DNA of 64,000 bases from the human T2T-CHM13v2.0 reference genome, Homo sapiens. Below are positions 14,052 to 27,924 of the stretch, piece by piece; within the stretch, counting starts at the first letter, position 1, and each line of letters opens with the position of its first letter. The notes below the pieces were generated by a model. That model worked only from the letters and a program-made list of their open reading frames with translations. It made no database searches and had not been told where the DNA came from. The stretch lies in assembly GCF_009914755.1 (NCBI RefSeq), contig NC_060947.1; one strand, 5' to 3'. The translations under genes and the position numbers were made by a program.

Positions 14052-15107
14052 TAATGTGGTTTATCTCTGTGTCCACACCCAAATCTCATGCTGAATTGTA
14101 ATTCCCAGTGTTGGAGGTGGGGCCTGGTGGGGCCTGGTGGGGGGAGATTGGATCATGGGTGTGATTTCTAATGGTTTGGCACCATCCCCCTGGTGCTGTC
14201 TCATGACAGAGTTCTCAGGAGAATACCCCAGCTTAAAATAATGTGAACAGTGAAAGGAGTTTATTGATTCATGTAAATAAAAATAGGTCAACACTAGTTT
14301 CAGGAATGGCTTGATCAGGGCGCTGACTCCATTGCTCTGCAGTTCTCTTGATTTTGCTTTCCTTCACATGATGGTTTACTTTTTAGGCTCACTTTTATCA
14401 TGGTGACAAAATGTCTGGAACAGTTCTGTACACCACATCTTCCTGAAGAAAAGTGTCTTTATCTCAACTACCAAACAAAATCCTAGGTTTCCCTCTAAAT
14501 GAGCAAACAGGTCACATGCCCATCTCTGAATCAGTTACCATAGCCGAGGGAAGTGCTGTACTCTGATTGGCTTAGGATGAGATTTTTGCCCATCTCTGAA
14601 ACGATCCCGGGCAAGAGTAGGATGTTCTGATTGGTTTTAGTCAATTGGAGAGGGATTTACCTCTGGAACTGTGAACGGAGTCACTGTCCCCTAAATTATT
14701 ATACATGACTTCTATGCATTGCGAATACAGTCAATACTCTCAAAATTACATGACCCCATGCCTTTGGGGAGCAGATGAATAGATGCTGCTAAAAAAGCCA
14801 TCAGTGTCTTTCTGAATTGGAATTTTCCTTTGGGATGCAAAAAGTGTCTTTCATTCTGGCCTTTGATTCTTCAACACAAAAAGTGTGTGGCACCTTCCCC
14901 TTTCTCTCTCTCTCTCTCTCCTGCCACCTTGTGAAGAAGGTGCTTGCTTCTCCTTAATCTTCTACCATGATTGTAAGTTTCCTGAGACCTGCTCCCAGCC
15001 ATGCTTCTGTGCAGCCTGCAGAACTGTGAGTCAATTAAACCTCTTTTCTCCACAAAGTACCCAGTCTCTGGTAGTTCTTTATAGCAATGTGAGAACAGAC
15101 TAATACA
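14052..15107 (+). mobile_element. MSTA-like MaLR solo LTR, interrupted at 14223-14878
   Basis: 5' half (CCCAAATCTCATG...GAGTTCTCAGGAGA) and 3' half (AAAAGTGTGTGGCACC...GACTAATACA) are flanked by the 5-bp TSD GTCAT (14047-14051 / 15108-15112). Confidence 0.92.
14223..14878 (-). mobile_element. Insert containing a highly diverged MLT1J/K/L-like LTR
   Basis: GAGTTTATTGATTCATGTAA...TTCAGGAATGGCTTGATCAGGG...GGTCACATGCCCATCTCTGAATCAGTTAC...CTCTGATTGG resemble antisense old MLT1 LTRs. Confidence 0.75.
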
Positions 15108-16912
15108 GTCATTTTTATGTCTCTAAATAGTTTTACATAATGTATTTCTCTAATGTATTTATATGAATGTATGTGTGTCTATTCACTGATACCTACCTTT
15201 TAATAGCAATATACTAGCTTAATTATTTCTATTGATTATTATAGATGCCATTAAATAATCAGGTGATATATTAGTACAAGATAATGTCACTCTAGGAAAC
15301 TTCTCCCCGAATTTCTTTCTGCTTGCAATTCATGTTAGCGTATAACCATCTCTTTTCCTTAATTCATAATGACATTTCAAAAAACATTTGTTTTTTAAAC
15401 AGTTCTGTAATCTCACGTGCCTCTACTGTTTATCTAAATACTTCTAGATTAGTAAATAATCATTGCTTCTAAACAGTTTTTAAATATATACATGGTTATA
15501 GTCTACTTAATAAAATACTGTCAGTATATTTAAAAGTGGAGATGAGAAATACTGCTGTACAGCTTTGTTGAATGATTTGGAAGTTTTCTCCCAGAAGACT
15601 TTACTCCTCACTTAACTTCTTAGTTTCATTTCTATTATTATTTCAAAAGTAACAATGAGAATACCTCATGTGAAGTCACAATGCCAAAATTACATAAAGC
15701 AAAAATACAATGTTTGCTTTTTATTAGACAGTAAAAGGTAGTGATACTGACTACCTAATATAACAATGTCAAAGTAAATAAAAATAAAATGAATATCTAG
15801 CTCTGAAAGTTATATGTGTAAAGACAACCATCTGTAAAGTCAAGAACAATAAAGTTAAATTGCTAAAGCAATTGTAATTTTATTTTAAAAGGGGGATTCC
15901 AGACTTTGAAGGGAAATCTTTTTCTAGATTATGTGAATCCAGAGGAACTCAACAATGGCCATGAGAATCTTTATTTAAGGGGAAAACCTTAAACTAAGTC
16001 ATCAGATTGATAACTGTTCAATTCATGAACATCTGCATTGAGAACAATACTCATTAAATTACTTGATCAGAAATGCATGGATTGAACAGGGATCCATGAG
16101 AACTTTCAGGAAAAAAGATTACGTGTTGAGTTATAATCATGAATTGACTTAAAATGATGAAACACTTTTTACCCCAAATGGCTTAGAGAAGTCACAAAAG
16201 AATTCTGCTTGGCTGATACATCACTAACTGTTCTGTTAGGATTCATGTCTCTGTGCACTGAAATCCCCTGGATTTCAAGGATCAAGGTTGATTCACAAAG
16301 ACTCGATCCCTTGTTAACACTGATGATAACCAATGTTTGGTGTTGGGGTTGGGATGGGTGTTTTGAGGGTATAGGACCCAGCCTGCCATGACCCCCCAGG
16401 CTCAGTACATCCTGTCATGTTCAGAACAAATCTCCCCACCTCATGATTCCATTGTCTGATCTCTGAATGCCCAGCTGTGCCCCTCCTGGTGAGATCTGGG
16501 GACCTCAGATCAGTCTGCCTTCTTTTGCTGCATGCTAATGTCATGAGTTTGCCTCTTCATAGTATAAACCTTATCTTTTTGCCATGGCCACTGAGTATGA
16601 CACAATTCATGATTATGGCCTCATATGCATGGCCTTGGCCAAAATCCACAGAAGTTCTGCTTAGCCTCACTCCTATAATGGTGAACAAGCAAAAGCTTTC
16701 GTTATTGTTTTCTGCCTTGTTTAGTCTGTGGTTCCACAAAGTCAAGTTGACCTTTCAAATCTCTTCTAGGTTTGATACCTTTCTCTGTATCATCAAACCC
16801 TGACACTTTTCTATCCTCTCACATGTTAATTTCCTCATTAGCTCCATACTTTTCTCCCCATATATGTTCCCATTTAGGGTCATTCCATAATGATTGGGCC
16901 ATCCATATGTAT

Positions 16913-17168
<256 letters not shown>

Positions 17169-17913
17169 TTAAATGGCCACTAAATTCATAAGTCTTTACC
17201 CTAATTGCCATATTTAAAATGGGGTTTGGATTGAACTTTTGGAGGCTTGATAGTAAAATGATGGTATTACTTTATATCTATTGTTGTCCATATGACATAA
17301 AGCAAATAAATTAATTATTATTTTCCCAACCACTTTCCATTAAGTTAACCATTTTTAAAACCTAGTAGATTGGCTTAATCATATATTGATTTCAAGTAGA
17401 TAATATAACACTATGATAAAATAGATGGCAACAGCATAGTAAAATCATAGAGACATAGGCTTGCAAAGAACCTAGTAACTTCCATGTGTCACAAATTTGA
17501 AGAGACCTTACATAGCCATATCTTATGGTAACATCTTTTAAGTAATATATTCTTAAACTTGGATGACACAGAGATGTGAAAGAGAAACCAGCAGGTCTGT
17601 ACAATGGAGACAATTTCTTAGCTTTAGATTGTACATCTTAGATTCTTCTTAGATGAGGCATGAAGAGTTCCCAGGAAACTTATACGACAAATGATAGAAA
17701 AGGACTCATTTGTAGAAAGCCTGGAGGTGAGAGTATAGTGAATTTAAGGAGGGAAAAGCCCAGGTTGAGATAAACAACATGTAGCAATTGATGATGTCTC
17801 TCTCATTATATGTTTGCACATATATGTATTATTATTATAAAATGCCTGTATGTTCTGAGAAAAATGTAAGTTAGAGAAGAGTTCTGTCAACGTGAATGCA
17901 AGTTAAGAATTTG

Positions 17914-17984
17914 AAACCTGCACGTTGTGCACATGTGCCCTAGAACTCGAAGTATAATAAATAAATAAATAAATAAATAAATAA
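17914..17984 (+). mobile_element. Extremely 5'-truncated L1PA 3' terminus with (TAAA)n tail
   Basis: AAACCTGCACGTTGTGCACATGTGCCCTAGAACTCGAAGTATAATAA matches the last ~45 nt of L1PA; TSD AAGAATTTG / AAGAGTTTG. Confidence 0.9.
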
Positions 17985-18093
17985 AAGAGTTTGCTGTAGG
18001 TCAGGTGGCTAGAATTATAGGGGCAGAAATTTGTTGCACAGTGAAGGAGAGTAAAGAAACCTAAGTTCAAGACGGTTGAGAGCTCTAAAAGTT

Positions 18094-18480
18094 GTGTGTA
18101 TGTGTGTGAGAGAGAGAGAGAGGAAACAGAAAAATAAAAAGGAAAAGAGGGAGAGAGAGACAAAGAAAGAGCGAGGGAGAGAGAGACAGAGACAGAGAAG
18201 GAGGAAAAGGCAGAGATGGAAAGAGAAAAAGAGAGGGAGAGAAGAACAGAGACAGAGAAAAGGAGAGAGAAAGACAGAGACAGATAGAGAAAAGGAGAGA
18301 GAAAGACAGAGACAGATAGAGAAAAAGAAGAGACAGAAACAGAGAAAGAAAAATCAAAGGGGGAGACAGAGACAAGAGAAAAAGTGAAGGAGAGACAGAG
18401 AGAGAAAAAGAGAGACAGAGACAGAGAGATAAAGAGAGAGGGAGAGACAGACAGAGACAGAGAGACAGAGACAGAGGGAT
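18094..18480. repeat. (TG)n then GA-rich/(GACAGA)n low-complexity tract
   Basis: Purine-rich run of GAGA/GACA units. Confidence 0.92.
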
Positions 18481-18795
18481 ATAAAGAGATGTGGATTATT
18501 TTGAAATGTATAATCTTTCACTAACAAATATTTTATAATGAATCAAAACAATGTATCAAAACATTATGACAAATATTGAATATTTTATTCCCATACCATA
18601 TATCCAAAATAATGAAACTCAGTAGACTAAGAGTCTGCTTTAAAAAAAATAGGCTAACTCTTTTCTCCCTGGTGAGAAAACTGCAGTAGATGTTTTTCTT
18701 TCCACCCTAAATCCAATGGGATTCTTTGCATGTATAGAAATGGAATAATTTGGCATGGGGTTCAACGTTGTTAATGATTTTGGTGGTGAAGTATG

Positions 18796-19164
18796 TTCCA
18801 TTCATTTTTTTGTTTGTTTCTTCTCTAACAAAACATCATAGATAGGGTGGCTTTTAAACAACAGACGTTTATTGCTCACAGATCTAGAGGCCGGAAAGTC
18901 CAAGATCAAGTAATGGTAGATTCTGTGTCTGGTGGGAACCTGCTTCCTGGTACATAGATAGAGCCTTCTCACTGTGTCCTCACCTGGCAGAAGGGGCGAG
19001 GAAGCTCTCTGTAGTGCCTTTTATAAGGGCAGTAGTCCTATCTGTGAAGCTCACCCTCATGACCTCATCACTTCCCAAAGGCCACACCTCCTAACACCAT
19101 CGCCTTGGGGGTGAGGATTTTAACACAGGAATTTTTGGGGGACATTGATATTCAGACAGTAGCA
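18796..19164 (-). mobile_element. MLT1A-like MaLR solo LTR
   Basis: GGTGGCTTTTAAACAACAGACGTTTATTGCTCACAG...AAGTCCAAGATCAAG...ATTCAGACAGTAGCA; probable TSD GTATG/CTATG. Confidence 0.88.
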
Positions 19165-19252
19165 CTATGTAATGACATAAATAGTGGCCCAGATCAAAGA
19201 GCCCTGGGGAGCCAGGAGAGTATGAAGCACATGCCACATTAAGGATTAAGTG

Positions 19253-19470
19253 GGCCAGGGAGTGGCTCAGGCCTGTAATCCCAGTACATTGGGAGGCCAA
19301 GGCAGGCGGATCCCTTTAGCCCAGGAGTTTGAGAATGCATTGGCAACATAGCAAAACACTGTCTCTACAAAAAATGCAAAAATGAGTCAGTCATGGTGGC
19401 GAACGTCTTTGGTTCCAGTTACATGGGAGCCTGAGGTAGGAGGATTGCTTGAGCCAGGGAGGTTGAGGCT
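19253..19470 (+). mobile_element. AluJ lacking its 3' end and tail
   Basis: Alu body stops abruptly after GGAGGTTGAGGCT. Confidence 0.88.
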
Positions 19471-20593
19471 AATAATATGTATGCATATATTAATATATAA
19501 ATGGTGATACAAGATATGGATGGTAATGTAATAGTTGGATAATATTAGAAACATGGCTTTACAACCAAAGTTCCAAAGGTGTATTTGAAATATAAAATTA
19601 ATATTGCTCATATATATTCACTCAATAATGTGTGAAATGTTTAGGTGATTATGCAGAGAAGTAAAAATAATATTTAAATGATATTTGTTTATAGCAAACA
19701 TATTTTTAAAATTTTATTTCTACGTGCTTCCTTTTTAAACAGTTTCAATAATCTTTAAATTATATGTTTGCTGTCAAGTAATAAGATACATTCAAGAGCA
19801 TATCAATATGTGTGCTGTATGGTGTATAATATTCATTTGGCTTGAATGATATATTCTTGATTTAAGGAGAGACTGCTAAGTCTTCCCTGGCCTTAGAAAG
19901 GATTTCCTAAAGCACCTGAGACATGGTGCTTTTTGAATCGAGAGTACCTGGGATGTATTCTCTGCATTCATCTGATACTCCACAGCAACATTGATAGCTC
20001 ATTCAGATACAACTAGAATCAGACCCAGATCACTTCAGGGAAAGCACCTATCATTGACATCTGATTGCAAAGATGAACAAAGCAGAAAAACAAATAATCC
20101 ACATGAAAACACGTTCTTTTTATATCAGGCCTTCAGGGGAAATCCGCATAAAACAATGATGCCCCTGAAGAACACATGCAAAGGGAATGTTAGACCATTG
20201 TGGTTGCATGTCTCTTTACCCTGCCTGAGTGTACAATGAAGCTAATAGACAATGCCCACTAGTGCTGCAAACATGTTAGAACAATAGAGAAACACATAAA
20301 CACAACAACGTTCCTTGATCCACTGCTAGGATCCATTGATGAACAGCAGCTCATTTTAAAAAACATATTAAACATTGATATCTCACTTATGTGTGTGTAA
20401 AACCCACTTTTGGAAGGAAGAGCAGAGTTTGAACCTCAGTTCCAGATGCAAAAAATTAACGATTGCCTATGTAAACCAGATGTACGCAAAGTGGTTGTTT
20501 TAGTAAACTCTCTTGACATTGTCCTTTTCTTCAGGGCCTTCTCAAATAGCTTCAATGAGTATATCCAGGCTGGCCTTAGGAAATGGGGCAGGG

Positions 20594-21299
<706 letters not shown>

Positions 21300-21601
21300 G
21301 AGCAGTTCAACATCTTTAAGTATTGAAGAAAAAACTCTGGAACCCAATATATGGACATTCCCAGCTAGTGGAAATGTGGGACAAGAAGGACCCTAAGCAT
21401 ACAAGCTAATGAATACAGGGCTGTTCTCCAGCACATCCTAAGACTCAGTGCATGAATTACCTGCACCTCAAACTTCTATAGAATCCTAATACAGGCCCAC
21501 CTCCCTGATAGAGACCCTGTCCTTAACCATAACAGTAGCCTGACAGCTTCATTCCCAGAAATGTCAGGTGTTCTGAGATTTCATTTCTACTACTGTTCTT
21601 C

Positions 21602-21765
21602 CAAGGTTTCTCAGCCTCAGCACTGTTGACATTATGAGCAAGGTAATAGTAAATCTTTGCATTGTATTGACTTTCATCCACTCTATGCCAGTGGGTAAAA
21701 GTCAATTTCCTCCCTGTTGTGACAACCAAAATTATTTGGACACAATTGCCACTTATGGTTCTCAC
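21602..21765 (-). mobile_element. MER20 (hAT-Charlie) DNA transposon, degraded
   Basis: GGTTTCTCAGCCTCAGCACTGTTGACATT...ATGCCAGTGG...GTTGTGACAACCAAAA...ATTGCCA; opposite orientation to the copy at 53580. Confidence 0.78.
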
Positions 21766-23037
21766 ACTGTTTCTGATTCATTGGAGTCTCATCACCAAAC
21801 CTTCGAAATGACCTGTCCTTTGTAATCCCTGGCTCTGGACTTGATCCCTTGCCCAGTAAATCAAACTCTTTGCAGAATCAAAGTCCAGGAAATTGGGCTC
21901 CTTGAAACACTACCATACAGACCCTCCAAAAACACAGACCCTACCAAAACTCTCTATTAATGGGAATCAAGTTGCCATTTCTTTATCTCCTCATCAATGA
22001 ATCTTTCAGAAATTCAGGGAAGAGAGAGTCAAAAATTGACAACATCAGAGACCCAGGTGGGGGAGGCTGACCTACCATCTACCCAACCAAGCTCAAGACC
22101 CAGGTCTGCAAAATGAGATAGTGGAGGAACTCTGAAAGTGAGCCTTGGTGCAGGAATATCCAGGGAGTTGGAGATGTAGGGTTGGGGACACACACCTGCA
22201 ACAATCAGGAGGTCTAGGACTTTGGGGGCATATATTTTAGGTCTACCACAAGCACATACACATTGTTGAAGTTCTTGCTGCTGCAGGACATGTTGTGGAG
22301 AATTCTGCTTATCTCTAGATTATAAATCACAATACTGACGGTATTCGCTTTCCATGATTTAAAAAGAAATGTTCGTGGTGTTGTAAACACTACTTCAGTA
22401 TTTTACAGATTATAGACTGATCCAACCCAGTGGGAATTCTTAAGCATTTCTTAAAACGCGAACGGATATATAATTCTCTTTTAACCTCTCCACGTGTTTG
22501 TTAGAGATATTTTGTTGAAGAGTCTTGAGAAAGCACACTCTGTCCTCTCAAGCACTCCTGAATACTTGGCAGGAAATAAGTCTCCTCATTCTCATTCTAG
22601 AGGAGTAGACCTGCTTTGATTTGAAGGCTTGCAGTGTCTCAGAAGCCACTGGGGAAGATGAGAACCACAGGGGCTGCTATGAAGTCAGCGTGCCTAATAA
22701 AAATGAGAAAGGCGAGAGGGAGTTTGTCGGATGCAGATGCACCTTTAATAATCATAAAGCATATTTGCAGAGTTTTTTAAAATGTTGAGAGTCAAATTAC
22801 CTTCCTCTGAATTTATGTTGGCTGGGCTTAATCAGGAATTCTGAAGAAAATTTAACTTATTAGGAAAGGTTGCTGCAGAAAAATGTAGTAAGACTACTTT
22901 ATTTTTGGCCGAAAACATTATTAAAAGGACAAAATCATTGTGTGTGCATGTTTGTATACAAGAATAAAATAACTTTTTTAAACTACAACCTCTAGTCCAA
23001 AGGATAAAATAAAATTATCTATATCATTTTTTGTTTA

Positions 23038-23356
23038 CACATATATATGCATACTGTATGTAATACTATAATATATAATATATTATCATTTTAATATGTA
23101 ATATCTTACTTATACACTTTTGCACTTGTATTATCTATATACCTATATTACATGTATATATTATATCTAATATATATTATTGTACCCATGCATATTATAT
23201 ATAATATATATATCAATATATGTATACCCTGTTGTAATATAAATACAATATGCTATATTGTATACTTTGTATATAGTATTGTAAATATATGCATATACAC
23301 TTATAATACACAGTGTACAGATAGTAATTGTGTACCTATGTTTTTATTTATATAAT
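23038..23356. repeat. (TA)-rich low-complexity tract
   Basis: Degenerate TA/TATA repeats. Confidence 0.85.
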
Positions 23357-23935
23357 CTTTAGAAGAGTTTATTTTGTGGGGCAATTGTATTGTAGTTTTT
23401 GTCAAGTTTAGCCTAAGGGACAGAGGAATTTGTCTTTCTTGTAGATGCAAGAATGTTTGGTTTTCAAGGTTTTTCATCAATTTTATATCTAATCAACTTT
23501 GAATATTGTAACTATAGTCTTTCACACCAAATTTCTCGTTGTGAATGTCTTGATGCCAAGACAGCCTCTCCCTTCCATTCATAAAGCCACAGCGGACGTT
23601 CCCTCACAGGTAGTCCTAGAGAAATCAACGTTATTGGTTTTCAAAGCATGAGCAGATGATCTCATAAATTATCTAACATAGTACCTGGGAAGCTGCGACC
23701 CCTCAAAATGGGTTTGTGGAAGGAAAGAAGGAATTATACAAATAAATGAATGCAAACTTGATATCACAGAACACTAATGTAGCAGTTGTAGGAGCTAAGT
23801 AAGCTTGGATACAAAAGTGAAGCCTACTCACAGTTGGTTTTCAAAGCCAGTCTAAAGGTCTTAGCAAAGAGAGTTTAAGGTAGGGGCAGAAGAACGTGCT
23901 ATAAAAAGGATTTTCTTTGTTTTTTGGTAGGATAG

Positions 23936-24315
23936 TCTATTAGTCCCTTCTCACACTGCTATAAAGAAGTACCTGAGACTGGGTAGTTTATAAAGAAAAG
24001 AGGTTTAATTGGCTCATGGCTCTGCAGGCTGTTCAGGAAGCATGGTTGGGGAGGTCTCAGGAAACTTACAATCATGGCAGAAGGCAAAGGGGAAGCAAGC
24101 ACGTATTCACATGCCCAGGAAAGAGAGAGCGCAGCAGGAGGTGCCACACACTTTTAAACAACAAGATCTTATGAGAACTCACTCACCATCATGAGAACAG
24201 CAAGGGGAATATCCGTCCACATGATCCAATCACCTCCCAGCAGGTCCCTCTCCCAACTTTGCAGATTACAATTTGACATAAGATTTGGGTGGGGACACAG
24301 AGCCAAACCATATCA
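23936..24315 (-). mobile_element. MSTA MaLR solo LTR
   Basis: TATTAGTC...GCTATAAAGAAGTACCTGAGACTGGG...GATTTGGGTGGGGACACAGAGCCAAACCATATCA. Confidence 0.92.
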
Positions 24316-24324
24316 GGTGGTTTA

Positions 24325-25165
24325 TAAGTAATCCAGGAACAAAAGAGCAAATACTGCATGATTCCAAGTATATGTGTGATATGGTTTGGCTGTGTCCCTA
24401 CCCAAATCTCATCTTGAATTGTAGTTCTCATAATCCCCACATATTGTGGGAGGGACCTAGTGGGAGACAATTTAATCATGGGGAAGTTACCCTCATGCTG
24501 TTCTCATAATGAGTGAGTTCTCACAAGATCTGATGGTTTTATAAGGGGCTTTTCCCCCTTTTGTTTGGCACTCCTTGCTGCCACTATGTGAAGGAGGATG
24601 TGTTTGCTTCCCCTTTTGCCATGATTGTAAGTTTCTGAGGCCTCCCCAGCCATGCTGAACTGTGAGTCAATTAAACCTCTTTCCTTTATAAATTACCCAG
24701 TCTTGAGTATGTCTTCATTAGCAGTGTGATAACAGACTAATACTATGTGGAATTTAAAATAATCAAACTCATAGAAACAGAGAGTAGAATGGTGGTTATC
24801 AGGGGCTGGACCCTGGAGAGAATAGGGAGCTATTTGCCAAAGGGCACAAAGTTTTGGTTATGCAGGATGAGTAAGTTCTGAAGACCTAATGCACAGCGTA
24901 GAGACCATTTGAACCAATACTGTACTGTATACTTGAAAGTCACTAAGAGGATAGACTGTAAGTGTCTCACTACTAAAGAAGAAAGAGGAAGAGGAAGAAG
25001 TAGAGGAGGGGAAGAAAATGTCAGATGATGGATCTGTTAATTAGCTTGATTGTGGTGATTGTTTCACAATGTATGCATATATCAAAACATCAAGTAGAAC
25101 ACTTTAAATATATACAATTTTTATTTGTCAACTATATCTCAATAAAACCGAAAGATACAAAAATA
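24325..25165 (+). mobile_element. L1MA8/9-like 3' fragment, interrupted by THE1
   Basis: CAAATACTGCATGATTCC | AAACTCATAGAAACAGAGAGTAGAATGGTGGTT...GTTAATTAGCTTGATTGTGGTG...TATATCTCAATAAA. Confidence 0.85.
24377..24744 (+). mobile_element. THE1 (THE1C-like) solo LTR
   Basis: TGATATGGTTTGGCTGTGTCCCTACCCAAATCTCATCTTGAATTGTAG...GACTAATAC; TSD ATGTG (24372-24376 / 24745-24749). Confidence 0.94.
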
Positions 25166-25346
25166 TAAGCTGGAAGCAAACCCCTCACCTATAGAACTAG
25201 AATTTGGATTTTAACAAGTTGCTCTAGGGACTTACTTGAATATTAATAGATAACTAGGGCAGATTTAAAATAAACATCCTTCATTTTTTCTTCTTCTCAT
25301 TTTTAACCCATGTCCAGGTGCTCAACACATACTAGTGGGACATGCT

Positions 25347-25715
25347 TCTATTAGTCTGTTCTCATGCTGCTGATAAAGACATACCTGAGACTGAGACTGA
25401 GTAATTTACAAAGGAAAAGAGTTTTAATGGACTCACAGTTCCACATGGCTGGGGAGGCCTCACAATCATGGCAGAAGGTGAAAGGCATGTCTTTACATGG
25501 TGGCAGGCAAGAGAAAATGAGAGCCAAGTGAAAGGCGTTTCCCCTTATAAAACCAGCAGATCTTGTGAGATTAATTCTGTACCATGAGAATAGTATGGAG
25601 GAAACTGCCCCCGTGATTCAATTGTCTCCCACAGGGTCCCTCCCACAGCATGTGGGAATTATGGGAGCTATAATTCAAGATGAGATTTGGATGGGGACAC
25701 AGCCCAACCTTATCA
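25347..25715 (-). mobile_element. THE1B-like solo LTR
   Basis: TATTAGTCTGTTCTCATGCTGCTGATAAAGACATACCTGAGAC...GGGAATTATGGGAGCTATAATTCAAGATGAGATTTGG...TATCA. Confidence 0.93.
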
Positions 25716-27262
25716 GTCTTTAACAGAACCGGTCACCTCATGTTCTTACAAATCATGCCGTCTTATGGAAGGTGATAAAACGTTTTTCTTGCAGATTGTA
25801 TGCTGAAAAATTGCTTGAATATTTTAATAAATCTTTGATATAGTCTATAAGGGAACAAATTAAGAATAATTGAGCTTATTGAAAAAAATAGATTGAGATA
25901 CTACATTTTAAGCAGTGATACTTTTAGCCTGCCTTTGGTATTAATATTTCACCTTTGTTAATAGATGTATTCCATAACTAGGAAGATGTTTCTGTTTTCA
26001 TCAGAATTGACAGAATTGTTTTCACTTATTATTTTCTGATTTCATGTAGCATACTAGCTCATGCTTCTGCCTGGATTGTAAACACTTTGTATTTGTGTTG
26101 ATTTCTAAACTACAGAGTGTTTTCAGCTTGGATGTCTGAAGAGATTTTAAGGTCAATCCCTTAAACATAACCTTTCTACATCACCTCTACCAAGGCCAGC
26201 ATCTGTATTTCTGCTTCTGTCCTCAGTGCATCACATACCAAAGAAGTCTACTTAATGTATGAGCTTTAGAAAATATGGATTTTATAAAAATAGGATTTCC
26301 ACAAGCGTCTTTTGTTTACAGAGGAGAAAGCCATTATGGCTTTTGGATTGTACACAGAGACAATATGTAAGCCTGTAAGAGATTTTCTTGCAGGAATTTT
26401 CTGCATTATTCAAAAGTCCTTTCCTCTGTGGCTGAGTTTTGTCTCTTTGTATTGTAATTATGCCATATTCCCACAGACTTGTCTACCTTCTCTGTAATGT
26501 GCATTAATCACGTTATGGACATTCTTGACTCAGTCCCTTGCAGGAAAAATGTGTTAGATAGTAATCAGGAAAACAAAAAAGAAGTAGAAGGAATAATACA
26601 CTTGTTTCTTCTAGGTTTTAATACAAATTTATAATTTTCTCCCCAAAGTACAATACGCCATGCAAATATTTTACTAGATTAATTTCCATGCATGGTGTAC
26701 ATTGTTATTGTAAATGATTTTCACTTTTTTATTAAAAAAAAACAACATTCTATATCTTTCTTCTGTCCAGTGGGAAAGTATTTGGGTTTCTTTTTTGTGT
26801 GATCGTAAGGTCTTATATCAAGTGATGCCTAAACTATTAATTTTACAATGTATCTGTTTATTTTTATCATTTGTACTTCAGTTTATCTACGAAAATTATT
26901 TTCATGTTTTCCTCTTCACAACTTCGATGTTTTCTCCTAAGCTGACTAGGATCTTACATGCAATATTGAACATGTACAAGATAATATATGTGCTTGCTTT
27001 CTTCTTGATTTTGAAGGAAGAGGTTGCATGTTCCATCATCAAGTATAAACATAAGGTGAGGGTTTTTTTCTTCTAAAGTCCTAATTATTTTTCTTATTTT
27101 AAAATATAGAAATAGCATCCAATTTTTATCAAGGAGTATTGCATTTTTTGAGATGAGCATTTTGGTTTTGCTTACTGTGTTAATATTAGAAAACATTCAT
27201 TCATCATTTGGATATATCCATTTTAATCATCAAAATATGCAACACATATACAGATGTCATAC

Positions 27263-27340
27263 ATTATCAGGTATACAACTATTTTTAAATTATACAATTT
27301 TAAAATAGTACAATTTAAAAATAGTTGTGTACTTGATTAT
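27263..27340. repeat. Spacer-less AT-rich palindrome (possible mariner-type MITE)
   Basis: Core 27271-27332 pairs at 28/31 positions around a central TTTT|AAAA. Confidence 0.85.
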
Positions 27341-27924
27341 CAGAGTTAAGAACACTTTTCATTAGAAGGACCAAGTAGTCAAAGTGAATAGACGTTTTTT
27401 GGCCCTCCCACCTCACCCCTAACATACACACATATTTTATGTCAGAGTTCTCAACAAAAATAAATAACAAAATAAGAAATTCTAATGAATACATATATTT
27501 GAGGCTTATTTTTCACAATACTTTTTTCAGTGCTGTTATAATAACAAAATATAAACTGCATGGCTTTGTTCTTTAACATGTTCAAGTTTAGGTGTATATT
27601 GAATTATGAAATAACATAATTATAGCAAATTGAATCACAGAAAAATTATTGAGAGTTCACAAACATCCTTAGACAGTAATATAATGTGAATTATACAATA
27701 ATTCATTTCAGGTTTTGAATAAAATTGCATTATTAAATTAGATGACAAGCAAACATATCTCCTTTTATAATAGAAATCTGTGAAAACAAAATATATATAG
27801 TACTCTTCACAAAATGTTGAATGTTACACGATAAAATTGCAAGGAAGCCAGGTCTCAAAATACTTCCTTTTTGAAATCTAATAGAAAATTAAATAAATAA
27901 GAAAATGATATTTTGAAAACACAC

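Noticed and set aside
18076-18387. R/E/K/Q-rich 103-aa ORF (and 5225-5515)
   Set aside because: Translation of GA-rich low-complexity DNA.
20251-20263. AATGCCCACTAGT shared with the 104-bp duplication
   Set aside because: Only 13 bp with no flanking similarity; compatible with chance.
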